From IMG/VR virus record IMGVR_UViG_3300029815_000032: 40,426 bases of DNA; one strand, 5' to 3'. Below, one piece after another: positions 15,017-23,807 of this stretch. The translations under genes and the position numbers were made by a program. Under the pieces are notes generated by a model, which saw only the letters and a program-made list of their open reading frames with translations, searched no databases and was not told the DNA's origin. Source of the DNA: a virus. Every line of letters begins with the position of its first letter. Position 1 is the stretch's first letter.

Positions 15017-15266
15017 TCTTGTTATTGTAGACAAAGATAAATTTGATCGGGAATTAGACAAATGCAATTCCTATAATATCAAAAACCAAGCCCAATATGC
15101 CTTGAGCGGTGCAATTTGTACTGGGGAAAAGGCAATGAAATCATATATAAGCCAGGAATGTGAGAGAAGCCAAAAAATGTTACAGAAATATGAAGTGATG
15201 AAAAAGAGGAATGCAGCGTACCAAAGACTACTAGATATGAATTCAAATTTTGACAAAGAAAACTAA
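15009..15266 (+). CDS. Hypothetical protein.
   Basis: ATG 15009 overlaps the upstream stop (ATGAGTAA). The track start at 14925 lies inside the previous gene. Confidence 0.55.
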   Translation: MSNLVIVDKDKFDRELDKCNSYNIKNQAQYALSGAICTGEKAMKSYISQECERSQKMLQKYEVMKKRNAAYQRLLDMNSNFDKEN

Positions 15267-15280
15267 AAGAGGATGAAGTG

Positions 15281-16174
15281 ATGGACTTAGAAAAACAGGC
15301 AATAGACATCTTGCGGACATTTGCAAGTGATGATCCATACCAATTAGCATATAGCGGCGGCAAGGACTCGGATGTGATCCTGCACCTTGCAAAGAAAGCA
15401 CAAGTGCCATTTAAGGCAGTGCATAATCTTACCACAGTAGATGCCCCAGAGACTGTTAGATATGTGAAAAGCAAAAAGGATGTGACAATAGAATATCCGT
15501 CAATGTCTATGTGGCAGTTGATCGTGAAGCATAAAACACCACCTACACGGATTTTTCGTTATTGTTGTTCGGAATTGAAAGAGCATAGCGGAAAAGGCAA
15601 GAAAACCATAACCGGAGTGCGAAAGGCAGAAAGTCGTAGCAGATCGAATAATCAAGGAATTGTGACTTTTCCTAAGCCGAACAAGACCATTAAAGGGAGT
15701 GTTGACAATGGCGATGTCTTAGCAAGCAGGAAGGGCGGTGTCATTGTATTAAACTACGAAAACGCTGACACACATAGGATGGTAGAGCAGTGCTACCGGA
15801 CAAGTAAGACGTTGGTAAATCCTATTTTGGAGTGGGATGACGACTATTTGTGGTGGTACATCCGGCATGAGGGAATAGAAATAAACCCTTTGTATAAAGG
15901 TGGATGCTCAAGAATTGGTTGTATCGGATGCCCCATGGCAGGAAAGAACAGATACAGAGAATTTGAACAATATCCAAAATATAAAGAAGCCTATATCAGA
16001 ACTTTCGACAGGATGCTGGAACACAGAAAACAGTGTGGTAACAAGAACGTTATGGGCTGGAAAACAGGGCAAGGTGTATTTGACTGGTGGATGGAAGATG
16101 AAAAAATTACCGGTCAGTATTCAATGACCTTTAATGGAACGGATATAGTTGGATATAGCGAAAAAATAACCTAA
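15281..16174 (+). CDS. PAPS-reductase-family (PP-loop ATPase) protein.
   Basis: AAGAGGA RBS 8 nt before ATG 15281. SGGKDS PP-loop motif. C-terminal Cys cluster GGCSRIGCIGCP. Confidence 0.8.
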   Translation: MDLEKQAIDILRTFASDDPYQLAYSGGKDSDVILHLAKKAQVPFKAVHNLTTVDAPETVRYVKSKKDVTIEYPSMSMWQLIVKHKTPPTRIFRYCCSELKEHSGKGKKTITGVRKAESRSRSNNQGIVTFPKPNKTIKGSVDNGDVLASRKGGVIVLNYENADTHRMVEQCYRTSKTLVNPILEWDDDYLWWYIRHEGIEINPLYKGGCSRIGCIGCPMAGKNRYREFEQYPKYKEAYIRTFDRMLEHRKQCGNKNVMGWKTGQGVFDWWMEDEKITGQYSMTFNGTDIVGYSEKIT

Positions 16175-16195
16175 AAGATAGAGAGGAGAACTGAC

Positions 16196-16354
16196 ATGGA
16201 ATTTTTAGAGAAATTGGATGCAGAGACATTAAAGGAAGAGTTGCTATCATTTTTGGAAGATGGAGAGGAAATTGTTGAACTAACATCCTTGGTCGAATTT
16301 GAAGAACAGTTTGTAGAATACATTAAAGAAGATTTATCCAGAAGTGATGGATAA
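16196..16354 (+). CDS. Hypothetical acidic 52-aa protein (below the track cutoff).
   Basis: GAGAGGAG RBS before ATG 16196. Confidence 0.45.
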   Translation: MEFLEKLDAETLKEELLSFLEDGEEIVELTSLVEFEEQFVEYIKEDLSRSDG

Positions 16355-16377
16355 ACTGAAAGATGGAGGGAAAACTT

Positions 16378-16785
16378 ATGAATTTGATAGATTTTGCGGC
16401 AATGTTAGATGGAAGAGAAAACGGATACCCGCAGTTCTCTGACGAGGAATTGAAAATTGCAAAAGAAAACAACATTGTTATAGTCACTGGCGCAAGTGAT
16501 GATCTTGTTGAACTTGAGGGAGCGATTTATGACGAAGGAGATTGCTATGAAGGTGGTAAAATATCTGTTAAAGCGATTCCGGGTGGTGGAATTGTCAACA
16601 ACTGTGAACGTTCAAATGTATGCAGTTTTATTGCTAAATGGTGTGAAGATAAGGACGAGCATGGTGTCACTATTCCACGGACATATGACGTACCATTTGA
16701 GCATGAAACCTTTATGATTTATGAGGATGGAGAGCCATACTGTAGAGGATTTATTTTTCGCACAGTAGAAGAAACTGATGTTTAG
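16378..16785 (+). CDS. Hypothetical protein.
   Basis: GGAGGG RBS before ATG 16378. Confidence 0.55.
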   Translation: MNLIDFAAMLDGRENGYPQFSDEELKIAKENNIVIVTGASDDLVELEGAIYDEGDCYEGGKISVKAIPGGGIVNNCERSNVCSFIAKWCEDKDEHGVTIPRTYDVPFEHETFMIYEDGEPYCRGFIFRTVEETDV

Positions 16786-16797
16786 AGAGGTAGAGGA

Positions 16798-17127
16798 ATG
16801 AGGACATACATAAGCGGTCCAATAACAGGGACGGCGGACTATAAAGAGAGGTTTGCAGCAGTTGAAGAGAACCCTGAATCAGTGGAAGTGATCGAGGGCG
16901 AAATCGTAGAAGATAAGCCGGAGATCGTGGAGCATAGCATAGAGGACATATTGGAAGCCATGCGTGTTATAAAGGAATCGTGCATAGCAGAAGATGAGAA
17001 ACATGATGGCTGCAAGATGTGCCCACTATACGACGAAAAGAGAGAGGACTGTGCTGTGATGTGGTCGGCACCGGATAAATGGAATCTGGAGATCAAAGGA
17101 AATAAGATAGATCTGTTAGGAGAGTAG
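16798..17127 (+). CDS. Hypothetical protein. The N-terminal ~22 aa resemble a DUF4406 (nucleoside deoxyribosyltransferase-like) N-terminus and the remainder is unrelated.
   Basis: MRTYISGPITGTADYKERFAA matches the DUF4406 start pattern, but the rest is acidic and Cys-containing and does not continue that family pattern. Confidence 0.5.
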   Translation: MRTYISGPITGTADYKERFAAVEENPESVEVIEGEIVEDKPEIVEHSIEDILEAMRVIKESCIAEDEKHDGCKMCPLYDEKREDCAVMWSAPDKWNLEIKGNKIDLLGE

Positions 17128-17129
17128 AG

Positions 17130-17504
17130 ATGGCAAAGCGTAAGAAACAGACAAGGGCGCATGATTTCACACCTACGATGCGACGCCGCATAGAAGATAG
17201 GGATATGGGTTGTATCTTCTGCCGGATGGGCTACCATATGCCGGAGAATGATTATTTTGCAACACATACTTTTTCAATCATGCACTACATACCAAGATCA
17301 CAAGGTGGATTGGGAATCGAACAAAATGCAGCAGTCGGCTGTATATATCATCATAATCTGATGGATAACGGAAGCAAGGGATTGCGCCCGGAAATGCTGG
17401 GGCTAATGAAAGCATATCTCCAGCGTATCTATCCTGGATGGAGCGAAGAAAACTTAACCTATAACAAATGGAAGGAGATGGAGGAACATGTTTACAAGGA
17501 CTAA
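17130..17504 (+). CDS. HNH-endonuclease-like protein.
   Basis: CIFC...MHYIPRSQGGLGIEQNAAVGCIYHHNLMD fits a CxxC...H-x-IPRSxGG...N...C..H HNH-like pattern. Confidence 0.5.
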   Translation: MAKRKKQTRAHDFTPTMRRRIEDRDMGCIFCRMGYHMPENDYFATHTFSIMHYIPRSQGGLGIEQNAAVGCIYHHNLMDNGSKGLRPEMLGLMKAYLQRIYPGWSEENLTYNKWKEMEEHVYKD

Positions 17505-18090
17505 CAAATTAAAGGTGATCTTCAAAGAGGCGTATGAGGATCACGCGCTGGATATCGGTCTAACACAGGATAACGTATATATCATTCGCGGGCATATCTT
17601 TATGCTGGTCTGTCCTGCGGAGCAGATTGATAATGAAGTATTAGCAGAGTTAGTCAAGTTGACCGGTGGGCTGCCGAATAAGGGCGAAGCCATTAGTTAT
17701 GTGAAGAACGACGAGCAACAGATGACGGATTTAGAATTTCTGCACGAAGATCTGTATGAACAGTGGGAAAAGGCAAAGAACCTGGTCCATGCAACAAGGA
17801 TGATTATATCCAGTGAAAGTGATATGCAGATCGTCTACCAGACGAAACAGTTGGAGCCGATCATGGTACCGGCGCGATTACATAATTGTATTGGGTTACC
17901 AAGAGGAGATAACGAAGAAATGCAGTCTATTCACCTGACCGAAGATGGAAAGTTGATTGCAGTCAGTAACGAGATGCAGTTCCGCTTTGACCAGCACAAG
18001 ATCAAGTGGCTCCAAGAATGGGAGATCCTTGATAAGCGCAAAGGCATTGACCTGAATTGGTCGCTTGTGGATGTCAATCTGTATCAGTAG
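17488..18090 (+). CDS. Hypothetical protein.
   Basis: GGAGG RBS; overlaps the upstream gene by 17 nt. Confidence 0.6.
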   Translation: MFTRTNKLKVIFKEAYEDHALDIGLTQDNVYIIRGHIFMLVCPAEQIDNEVLAELVKLTGGLPNKGEAISYVKNDEQQMTDLEFLHEDLYEQWEKAKNLVHATRMIISSESDMQIVYQTKQLEPIMVPARLHNCIGLPRGDNEEMQSIHLTEDGKLIAVSNEMQFRFDQHKIKWLQEWEILDKRKGIDLNWSLVDVNLYQ

Positions 18091-18184
18091 AAAATGGTTG
18101 AAACACCTCAAGAAGCAGCGATTTTACTTATACCACGAAAAGCCATGGCGCCGCCTCGTAAGTGGGGCGGCAGAAAGGAGCAAG

Positions 18185-18721
18185 ATGACAATCAGAAAGT
18201 GTCCGGTATGCGGAGGGGCGTTTGAGGCATATATGCGCCAGAAATATTGCAATGAAGCATGCGCAGAGAAAGCAGCATTAGATTTGCGCCAGAAACGATG
18301 CGAGAAAGAGAAAAAGAAAAGAGCGCAGGCGCGAGAAGAAAGGGAAAGGAAGAAAAAGACCACAAGCCTTGCGCAGGATGCTATGGATGCTAGAGACAAT
18401 GATATGACCTATGGCAAGTACATGGCAAAAAAGTACAAGGTAACGATCAGCAGGCGAGCATCATGCAGCAGGGGGGATAATATGTCAAATTTTAGTCAGG
18501 CAGGAAATATCAAATGTCCTTATTATGTAAACGCCAAAAACGAAAAAAAAGAAGCAAATTATATCACATGTGAGGGCAATGGATATGCAAGGTATTACAC
18601 ATCCAAATTCAAGAACAAAGAGGAGAGAAATAAGCATATCACAGAATATTGTGCAAAATATCCGAATAAATGCACAATATGTATAGCAAATGATACGAAA
18701 TTTCAACGAGAGGAAAGATAA
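18185..18721 (+). CDS. Two-part Cys-rich protein (N-terminal zinc-ribbon-like CPVCGG...C..C, basic linker, C-terminal Cys-rich domain).
   Basis: GAAAGGAG RBS before ATG 18185; the track start at 18065 lacks one. Confidence 0.55.
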   Translation: MTIRKCPVCGGAFEAYMRQKYCNEACAEKAALDLRQKRCEKEKKKRAQAREERERKKKTTSLAQDAMDARDNDMTYGKYMAKKYKVTISRRASCSRGDNMSNFSQAGNIKCPYYVNAKNEKKEANYITCEGNGYARYYTSKFKNKEERNKHITEYCAKYPNKCTICIANDTKFQREER

Positions 18722-18809
18722 CATCTCGTTTTTCACGAAAATAACGCTCTATTGAATTGATTTATCATGGCGTGATAATAGGGGTAACATATGGTGGGAG
18801 GTTAATTGG

Positions 18810-18938
18810 ATGTTAAAATATAAGTTTGACGTAAAGGATATGATTAAAGAGAAAGGGTATAATTCGACCAGAATTTTGAAAGAAAACTTGATAAGCCAGT
18901 CGGCGATGCAAAAGATACGCAAAGGGGATGTGAAATGA
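18810..18938 (+). CDS. Short (42 aa) XRE-like HTH fragment.
   Basis: GGGAGG RBS. ...MIKEKGYNSTRILKENLISQSAMQKIRKGD looks like the first two-thirds of an HTH_3/HTH_26 domain and then stops. Confidence 0.35.
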   Translation: MLKYKFDVKDMIKEKGYNSTRILKENLISQSAMQKIRKGDVK

Positions 18939-18986
18939 ACTTGACATAGTTGGAGAGTATAGAGTGAATTTCGTGTTGTAGGAGAG

Positions 18987-19307
18987 ATGGTTATGCTTGA
19001 AAAATTAGAGGGGACATTTGTTTACAAGGGTTATGAGTGCTATGTTATCTTGCGTAAGAAGGAAAATGGTATTCATTACCGATGCGGTTATGTGGCAATT
19101 CCAGAAGAAAAGGGCGTTGATACATTTAGTATAGACTGCCATGGCGGTATTACTTATGCAAATAAAATTGCACCTAGTCCGTTAGTAAGCGATAAAGACA
19201 AGTGGTATATAGGATTTGAGTGTGGATATGCATTTGACGATATTGGAGAATGGACCATAGGTAGAGTTAGTGAAGAATGCAGAAAGATTGTTGACCAGAT
19301 TTTGTAG
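18987..19307 (+). CDS. Hypothetical protein (the start may be ATG 18993).
   Basis: AGGAGAG RBS. Last gene before a terminator and the packaging operon. Confidence 0.55.
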   Translation: MVMLEKLEGTFVYKGYECYVILRKKENGIHYRCGYVAIPEEKGVDTFSIDCHGGITYANKIAPSPLVSDKDKWYIGFECGYAFDDIGEWTIGRVSEECRKIVDQIL

Positions 19308-19331
19308 TTAAAAATTTATCTGTGAAAAAAT

Positions 19332-19356
19332 AGCATCCGAGAGGGTGCTTTTTTTA
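19332..19356 (+). terminator. Rho-independent terminator ending the early/middle region.
   Basis: Stem agcatcc / gggtgct (one G-U pair), 4-nt loop, T8 run. Confidence 0.7.
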
Positions 19357-19375
19357 TTGCAAAAAAATATATGCC

Positions 19376-19414
19376 GGCCGGGGGGAGAAATGGCATCATC
19401 TGTCATTTTATAAT
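19376..19414 (+). promoter_or_regulatory. Late-promoter-like element, copy A, upstream of terS.
   Basis: GCCGGCC-GGGGGGAGAAA (G-box ends at 19390), 18 nt, TATAAT (19409..19414). Same spacing and flanks as copy B. Confidence 0.55.
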
Positions 19415-19472
19415 AAAAGAGTACAGATGTACTGACACTTCGGAAAGAAACGATGAGACAGGTGGTGAAATT

Positions 19473-19913
19473 ATGGCATCGAAAGGGGTTGGAACGGGAA
19501 AAAATCCGAACAGCAGACAAGGCACAAAAAATTTAAAACCGGTGACATCACGAACCAAGGAAGAAGCAAGGGAGATTTCTAGAAAAGGGGGAATTAAGTC
19601 AGGAGAGGCCCGAAGAGCGAAAAGAGATGCCAAAAAAGCCGCGGAAGTAGTGCTGTATGAGACGCTTATCAGCACCAAAGGAAAGCAGGCGTTAAAACGC
19701 AATGGAATCGAGTTGAATACAAAAGAAGATCTGTATGGAATGGCAGGTTTGATGGCAGGGCTTTTGGCGAATGGAATGAAGGGTGATACAGGATCCGCCA
19801 AGTTATTATTGGAACTTGCCGGAGTGTTTGAGGACGATGCAGAAAGTAGTGAAGAAAAGCAAACAGGAGTAGTTATGATACCACCAAGGGGCGATGAAAC
19901 AGATGACAAATAA
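19473..19913 (+). CDS. terS: Terminase small subunit.
   Basis: ATG 19473 after GGTGGTG; the track start at 19371 lies upstream of the promoter. KNPNSRQGTKNLKP...SRKGGIKSGEARR is a typical terS N-terminus. Directly precedes terL. Confidence 0.7.
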   Translation: MASKGVGTGKNPNSRQGTKNLKPVTSRTKEEAREISRKGGIKSGEARRAKRDAKKAAEVVLYETLISTKGKQALKRNGIELNTKEDLYGMAGLMAGLLANGMKGDTGSAKLLLELAGVFEDDAESSEEKQTGVVMIPPRGDETDDK

Positions 19914-21351
19914 CGTGATCTGGCAGCCACAGCCAAAACAAATAGATTTTATGACAAGAACCGAATATGAGGTATTGTACGGCGGTGCAGCAGGCGGAGG
20001 TAAATCAGATGCGCTGATCGTGGAAGCACTGCGACAGGTAGATATACCACATTACCGAGGCATTATCTTTCGAGACACTGTGCCACAGTTGGAATCATTG
20101 ATATCCAGATCACAGGAGATATATAGCAGGGCGTTCCCGGATGCAAAATATAATGCAAATGAAAAGGTCTGGAAATTTAAAAGCGGAGCAAAGATTTTTT
20201 TCGGATATATGCAAAGAGACGCGGACCGATTTAATTACCAGGGAAAATCATATGACTTTATCGGATTTGACGAACTGACGCATTTTTCGTTGGTTCAGTA
20301 CAATTACATGAAGTCAAGAAACAGACCAACAGGATATAGAGGAGGAAAAAAGACAATCCAATACATTAGATCAACATGTAACCCGGATGGCAAAGGTATG
20401 GGCTGGGTAAAAGAGAGATTTATCACACCGGCACCACCACTTACCACTATATGGGAGGAAGTGGAGATCCGCACACCGGAAGGGAAAACCATCAAAAAGA
20501 AACGAGACAGAGTGTTTGTTCCATCAACGGTCTTTGATAACAAAGCCTTGTTAGATGCGGATCCAAATTATCTTGCAACGCTGGCATCATTGCCGGAGGC
20601 AGAACGAAACGCTCTACTGTATGGATCATGGGATTCCTTTACTGGTCAGGTATTCACTGAATGGAAGAATGATCCAAACCATTACCAGGATAAGAAGTGG
20701 ACGCATGTTATAGATCCATTCCATATCCCGGAATCATGGAAGATCATGAGGAGTTTTGACTTTGGATATGCCAAGCCGTTCTCGGTAGGTTGGAATGCCG
20801 TAGACCAACGTGGACGGATGTACCGTATCGCAGAGTGGTATGGATGCGATGGTACACCAAACAACGGATTGAAGTTAGATCCGTATGAGATAGCACAGGG
20901 CATCAAGGAAAAAGAGTCAACAAATGAATTTCTCAAAGGCAGAAAGATCATACATTGTGTCGCGGATCCGTCTATCTTTGATGAATCGAGAGGAGAGTCG
21001 ATCGCAAGAATGATGGAGCGCGAGCGTGTCTACTGGATTGGTGGCGACAATACCAGACTTCCGGGCAAGATGCAGTATCATTACCGGCTGGCATTTGACA
21101 AGTATGGCGATCCAATGTTCCAGGTATTTAACACATGTAGAGACTTTATTCGGTGTGTACCTCTGTTGATCTATTCAGACAGACACCCGGAGGATATAGA
21201 TACGGATATGGAAGATCATAATTACGATGAGCAGAGATACGCATTCATGGAGCATCCGATCGCACCGCGTACCAATGTCGCACAGAAGGTAGATATGGAT
21301 GATCCATTGAACCAGAGAAATAACCCGGAATGGCATTATATCAACTTGTAA
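19894..21351 (+). CDS. terL: Terminase large subunit.
   Basis: Walker A-like YGGAAGGGKSD and a C-terminal nuclease-type region. 485 aa. Position between terS and portal. Confidence 0.9.
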   Translation: MKQMTNNVIWQPQPKQIDFMTRTEYEVLYGGAAGGGKSDALIVEALRQVDIPHYRGIIFRDTVPQLESLISRSQEIYSRAFPDAKYNANEKVWKFKSGAKIFFGYMQRDADRFNYQGKSYDFIGFDELTHFSLVQYNYMKSRNRPTGYRGGKKTIQYIRSTCNPDGKGMGWVKERFITPAPPLTTIWEEVEIRTPEGKTIKKKRDRVFVPSTVFDNKALLDADPNYLATLASLPEAERNALLYGSWDSFTGQVFTEWKNDPNHYQDKKWTHVIDPFHIPESWKIMRSFDFGYAKPFSVGWNAVDQRGRMYRIAEWYGCDGTPNNGLKLDPYEIAQGIKEKESTNEFLKGRKIIHCVADPSIFDESRGESIARMMERERVYWIGGDNTRLPGKMQYHYRLAFDKYGDPMFQVFNTCRDFIRCVPLLIYSDRHPEDIDTDMEDHNYDEQRYAFMEHPIAPRTNVAQKVDMDDPLNQRNNPEWHYINL

Positions 21352-21361
21352 AGGAGAGAGT

Positions 21362-23416
21362 ATGGCAAACAAGAAAAGCAGCAAACCAAAAGCAGAAGAA
21401 CAGATCATGCAGCAGCAACAGATCGCACAGGCGCAGGGAGACCAGGCACAGATCCTTGCTGATAACCTGCGACAGGTGGAGCAGATCGACGAGCGGACGC
21501 GTGTCATGCAGCAGGAAGCAGAAAACAAGATGCATGATACAGAGTTTAGTCCTTATGCGATCGGCGGATCGCAGGAAAACTTAGGCATCATTGGAGAGGA
21601 TGAAGTAAAAGAGGCTATGGAAGTCTTGCAGAAGTATAAGGAGAGCAAGACCAACCTCGAAAACAAACTCAAGACCAATGAGGAATTTTGGAAGATGAAC
21701 CACTGGAAGGTAATGTATAGCCAGAAAGAGAAAAAAGATGATAAGCGCATCAAGCCAAAGTCTGCATGGCTTGTAAATACCATAATCAATAAACATGCGG
21801 ATGCGATGGATAACTTTCCTGAGCCAAACATACTGCCGAGAAGTCAGGATGATGAGGACACGGCTAAAGCCTTGTCAAAGATCATTCCGGTCATACTGGA
21901 GCAAAACGACTACGAAGAGACCTACTCCCTGTGCGCATGGGATAAAAATAAAAATGGATCCTCATGTACCGGTATTTTTTGGAACAATGACAAAAGCAAT
22001 GGACTGGGCGACATTGACATCCGGGAGATAGACCTGATGCGACTTTATTGGAAATCGGGCATAGAGGACATACAGGATTCTCCTAATGTCTTTTATGTGC
22101 AGATGATGGATAACGACGAGATCCACAAGAGATACCCGGAACTAAAGGAAGCCCATTCTACCAATGCCATCACGGCACTTGACGCATACCATTATGGCGA
22201 ACAGGTAGATACCAGCGATATGTCACCGGTAGTGGACTGGTACTACAAGAAGCGTATGCAGTTTAAGGATGAGCAGGGCATACCGCAGATGCGGACCATC
22301 TTGCATTACTGTAAGTTCTGCAATGGAGAGGTCATTTATGCATCCGAGAACGACCCGGAGTATGCAGACACAGGATGGTATTCACACGGTCAGTACCCAT
22401 TTGTTGTTGATACGCTTTATCCGGTCAAGGCAAATTTAGTTGGAATGGGATTTATAGATCTGGTGGCAGACGATCAGATCTATACGGACAAGTTGCAGCA
22501 GGCAATCTTAGAGAATGCGATCGCAAATGCAAGACCGCGTACAGTGGTAAGAAGTGAATCCGGGTTGAATGAGGAAGAATATCTCAACGAAGATAACCCT
22601 ATCATCCATACGATTGGCAGTCTGGGGGAAGAATCATTCAGACAGTTGCAGACCACACCGCTTGCAAGCATCTATCAAAACGTGTATTTACAAAAAATAC
22701 AGGAAATGAAAGATACCTCCGGGAATACTGCATCATCACAGGGACAGGCATCCAGTGTTACCAGTGCGTCCGGTATCGCATCCTTGCAGGAAGCGGCAGG
22801 TAAATTATCACGAGACTCTTCCAATGCGTCGTATCGGTCATTTCGTAAGATTGTGTATCAGATCATAGAGTTGATCCGTCAGTTTTACACGGAGACAAGA
22901 TGTTTTCGCATTATAGGGGACGACGGACAACCAACCTATGAGGACTTTGACAATAGAGGATTGCAACCGCAGAGCCAAGGATCCATCACAGGACAGGATG
23001 CAAACGGCAACAACTATACCATTGATCTGGGAAACCGCTTACCGATTATGGATATCCAGGTCAAGCCACAGAAACGCAGTGCATACTCCAAGGAAACACA
23101 GAACCAGACCGCATTATCCTTGTACGGACAGGGTTTTTTCGCACCGAATAATGCAGACGCTGCGCTTGCATGCCTAAACATGATGGACTTTGACGGCATC
23201 GAGGATGTGAAGAACACCATAGCGGCAAACGGTCAACTGTATCAGCAGGTCATGATGCTGACGCAGATCATTGCACAGGCAGGACTATTGCCACAGGATG
23301 CAGTAGCAACAGGAACAGAGCAGGAGGTACAAAAAGGAAGTACCAAGTCAAGTAATGGAAGTCTGTCAGCACAGGCGGCAAATGCAACAAGACAGTCAAC
23401 GGCACCGAGGACGTAG
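21362..23416 (+). CDS. Portal protein.
   Basis: 684 aa, directly after terL. AAAGGAGAGAG RBS. Gln-rich N-terminus and Ser/Ala-rich C-terminal tail as in many portals. Confidence 0.8.
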   Translation: MANKKSSKPKAEEQIMQQQQIAQAQGDQAQILADNLRQVEQIDERTRVMQQEAENKMHDTEFSPYAIGGSQENLGIIGEDEVKEAMEVLQKYKESKTNLENKLKTNEEFWKMNHWKVMYSQKEKKDDKRIKPKSAWLVNTIINKHADAMDNFPEPNILPRSQDDEDTAKALSKIIPVILEQNDYEETYSLCAWDKNKNGSSCTGIFWNNDKSNGLGDIDIREIDLMRLYWKSGIEDIQDSPNVFYVQMMDNDEIHKRYPELKEAHSTNAITALDAYHYGEQVDTSDMSPVVDWYYKKRMQFKDEQGIPQMRTILHYCKFCNGEVIYASENDPEYADTGWYSHGQYPFVVDTLYPVKANLVGMGFIDLVADDQIYTDKLQQAILENAIANARPRTVVRSESGLNEEEYLNEDNPIIHTIGSLGEESFRQLQTTPLASIYQNVYLQKIQEMKDTSGNTASSQGQASSVTSASGIASLQEAAGKLSRDSSNASYRSFRKIVYQIIELIRQFYTETRCFRIIGDDGQPTYEDFDNRGLQPQSQGSITGQDANGNNYTIDLGNRLPIMDIQVKPQKRSAYSKETQNQTALSLYGQGFFAPNNADAALACLNMMDFDGIEDVKNTIAANGQLYQQVMMLTQIIAQAGLLPQDAVATGTEQEVQKGSTKSSNGSLSAQAANATRQSTAPRT

Positions 23417-23418
23417 AA

Positions 23419-23730
23419 ATGATAGAGGCAACCTTATTCAGATCAGGAAATACCTATAGTATTGATGTCACAGGTCATGCGGGATATGCGCCGGCTGGAT
23501 CAGACATCATATGTGCAGCAGTATCTGCACTGGTACAGTCGTTTGCGTTTTATTGCAGGAAGACAGACGGCATAAAGGTATTGGATGATGAAGCATCCGA
23601 GGGGATGGCAAGTATGGTCGTATATGGCAATCAAAGCAAGATAGACCCGGCATATGAGATGCTGAAAACAGGACTTTGGGAAATTTCTTTAAATTTTCCT
23701 AAAAATATTTTGGTGCGGGGGGAGAAATGA
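23419..23730 (+). CDS. prp: Prp-family (DUF464, ribosomal-processing cysteine protease-like) protein.
   Basis: MIEATLF...IDVTGHAGYAPAGSDIICAAVSALVQS matches the Prp GHA...G.DIVCAAVS motif, with the His and Cys dyad present. Confidence 0.75.
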   Translation: MIEATLFRSGNTYSIDVTGHAGYAPAGSDIICAAVSALVQSFAFYCRKTDGIKVLDDEASEGMASMVVYGNQSKIDPAYEMLKTGLWEISLNFPKNILVRGEK

Positions 23731-23751
23731 CAGGTAATGCCATTTTATAAT
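23713..23751 (+). promoter_or_regulatory. Late-promoter-like element, copy B, upstream of the scaffold/capsid genes.
   Basis: GGTGC-GGGGGGAGAAA (ends at 23727), 18 nt, TATAAT (23746..23751). Overlaps the 3' end of prp. Confidence 0.55.
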
Positions 23752-23807
23752 AAAAGCATAAAGATCTTTCCCCTTTATGGGTGACACTTCGGAAAGGACG
23801 ATGGAAT

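Noticed and set aside
19403-19936. Minus-strand 177-aa ORF, and the upstream plus-strand start at 19371 for terS.
   Set aside because: The antisense ORF is a Ser/Pro-rich shadow of terS. ATG 19371 lies upstream of the TATAAT element, and the segment 19371..19472 contains the promoter and leader, so ATG 19473 is preferred.
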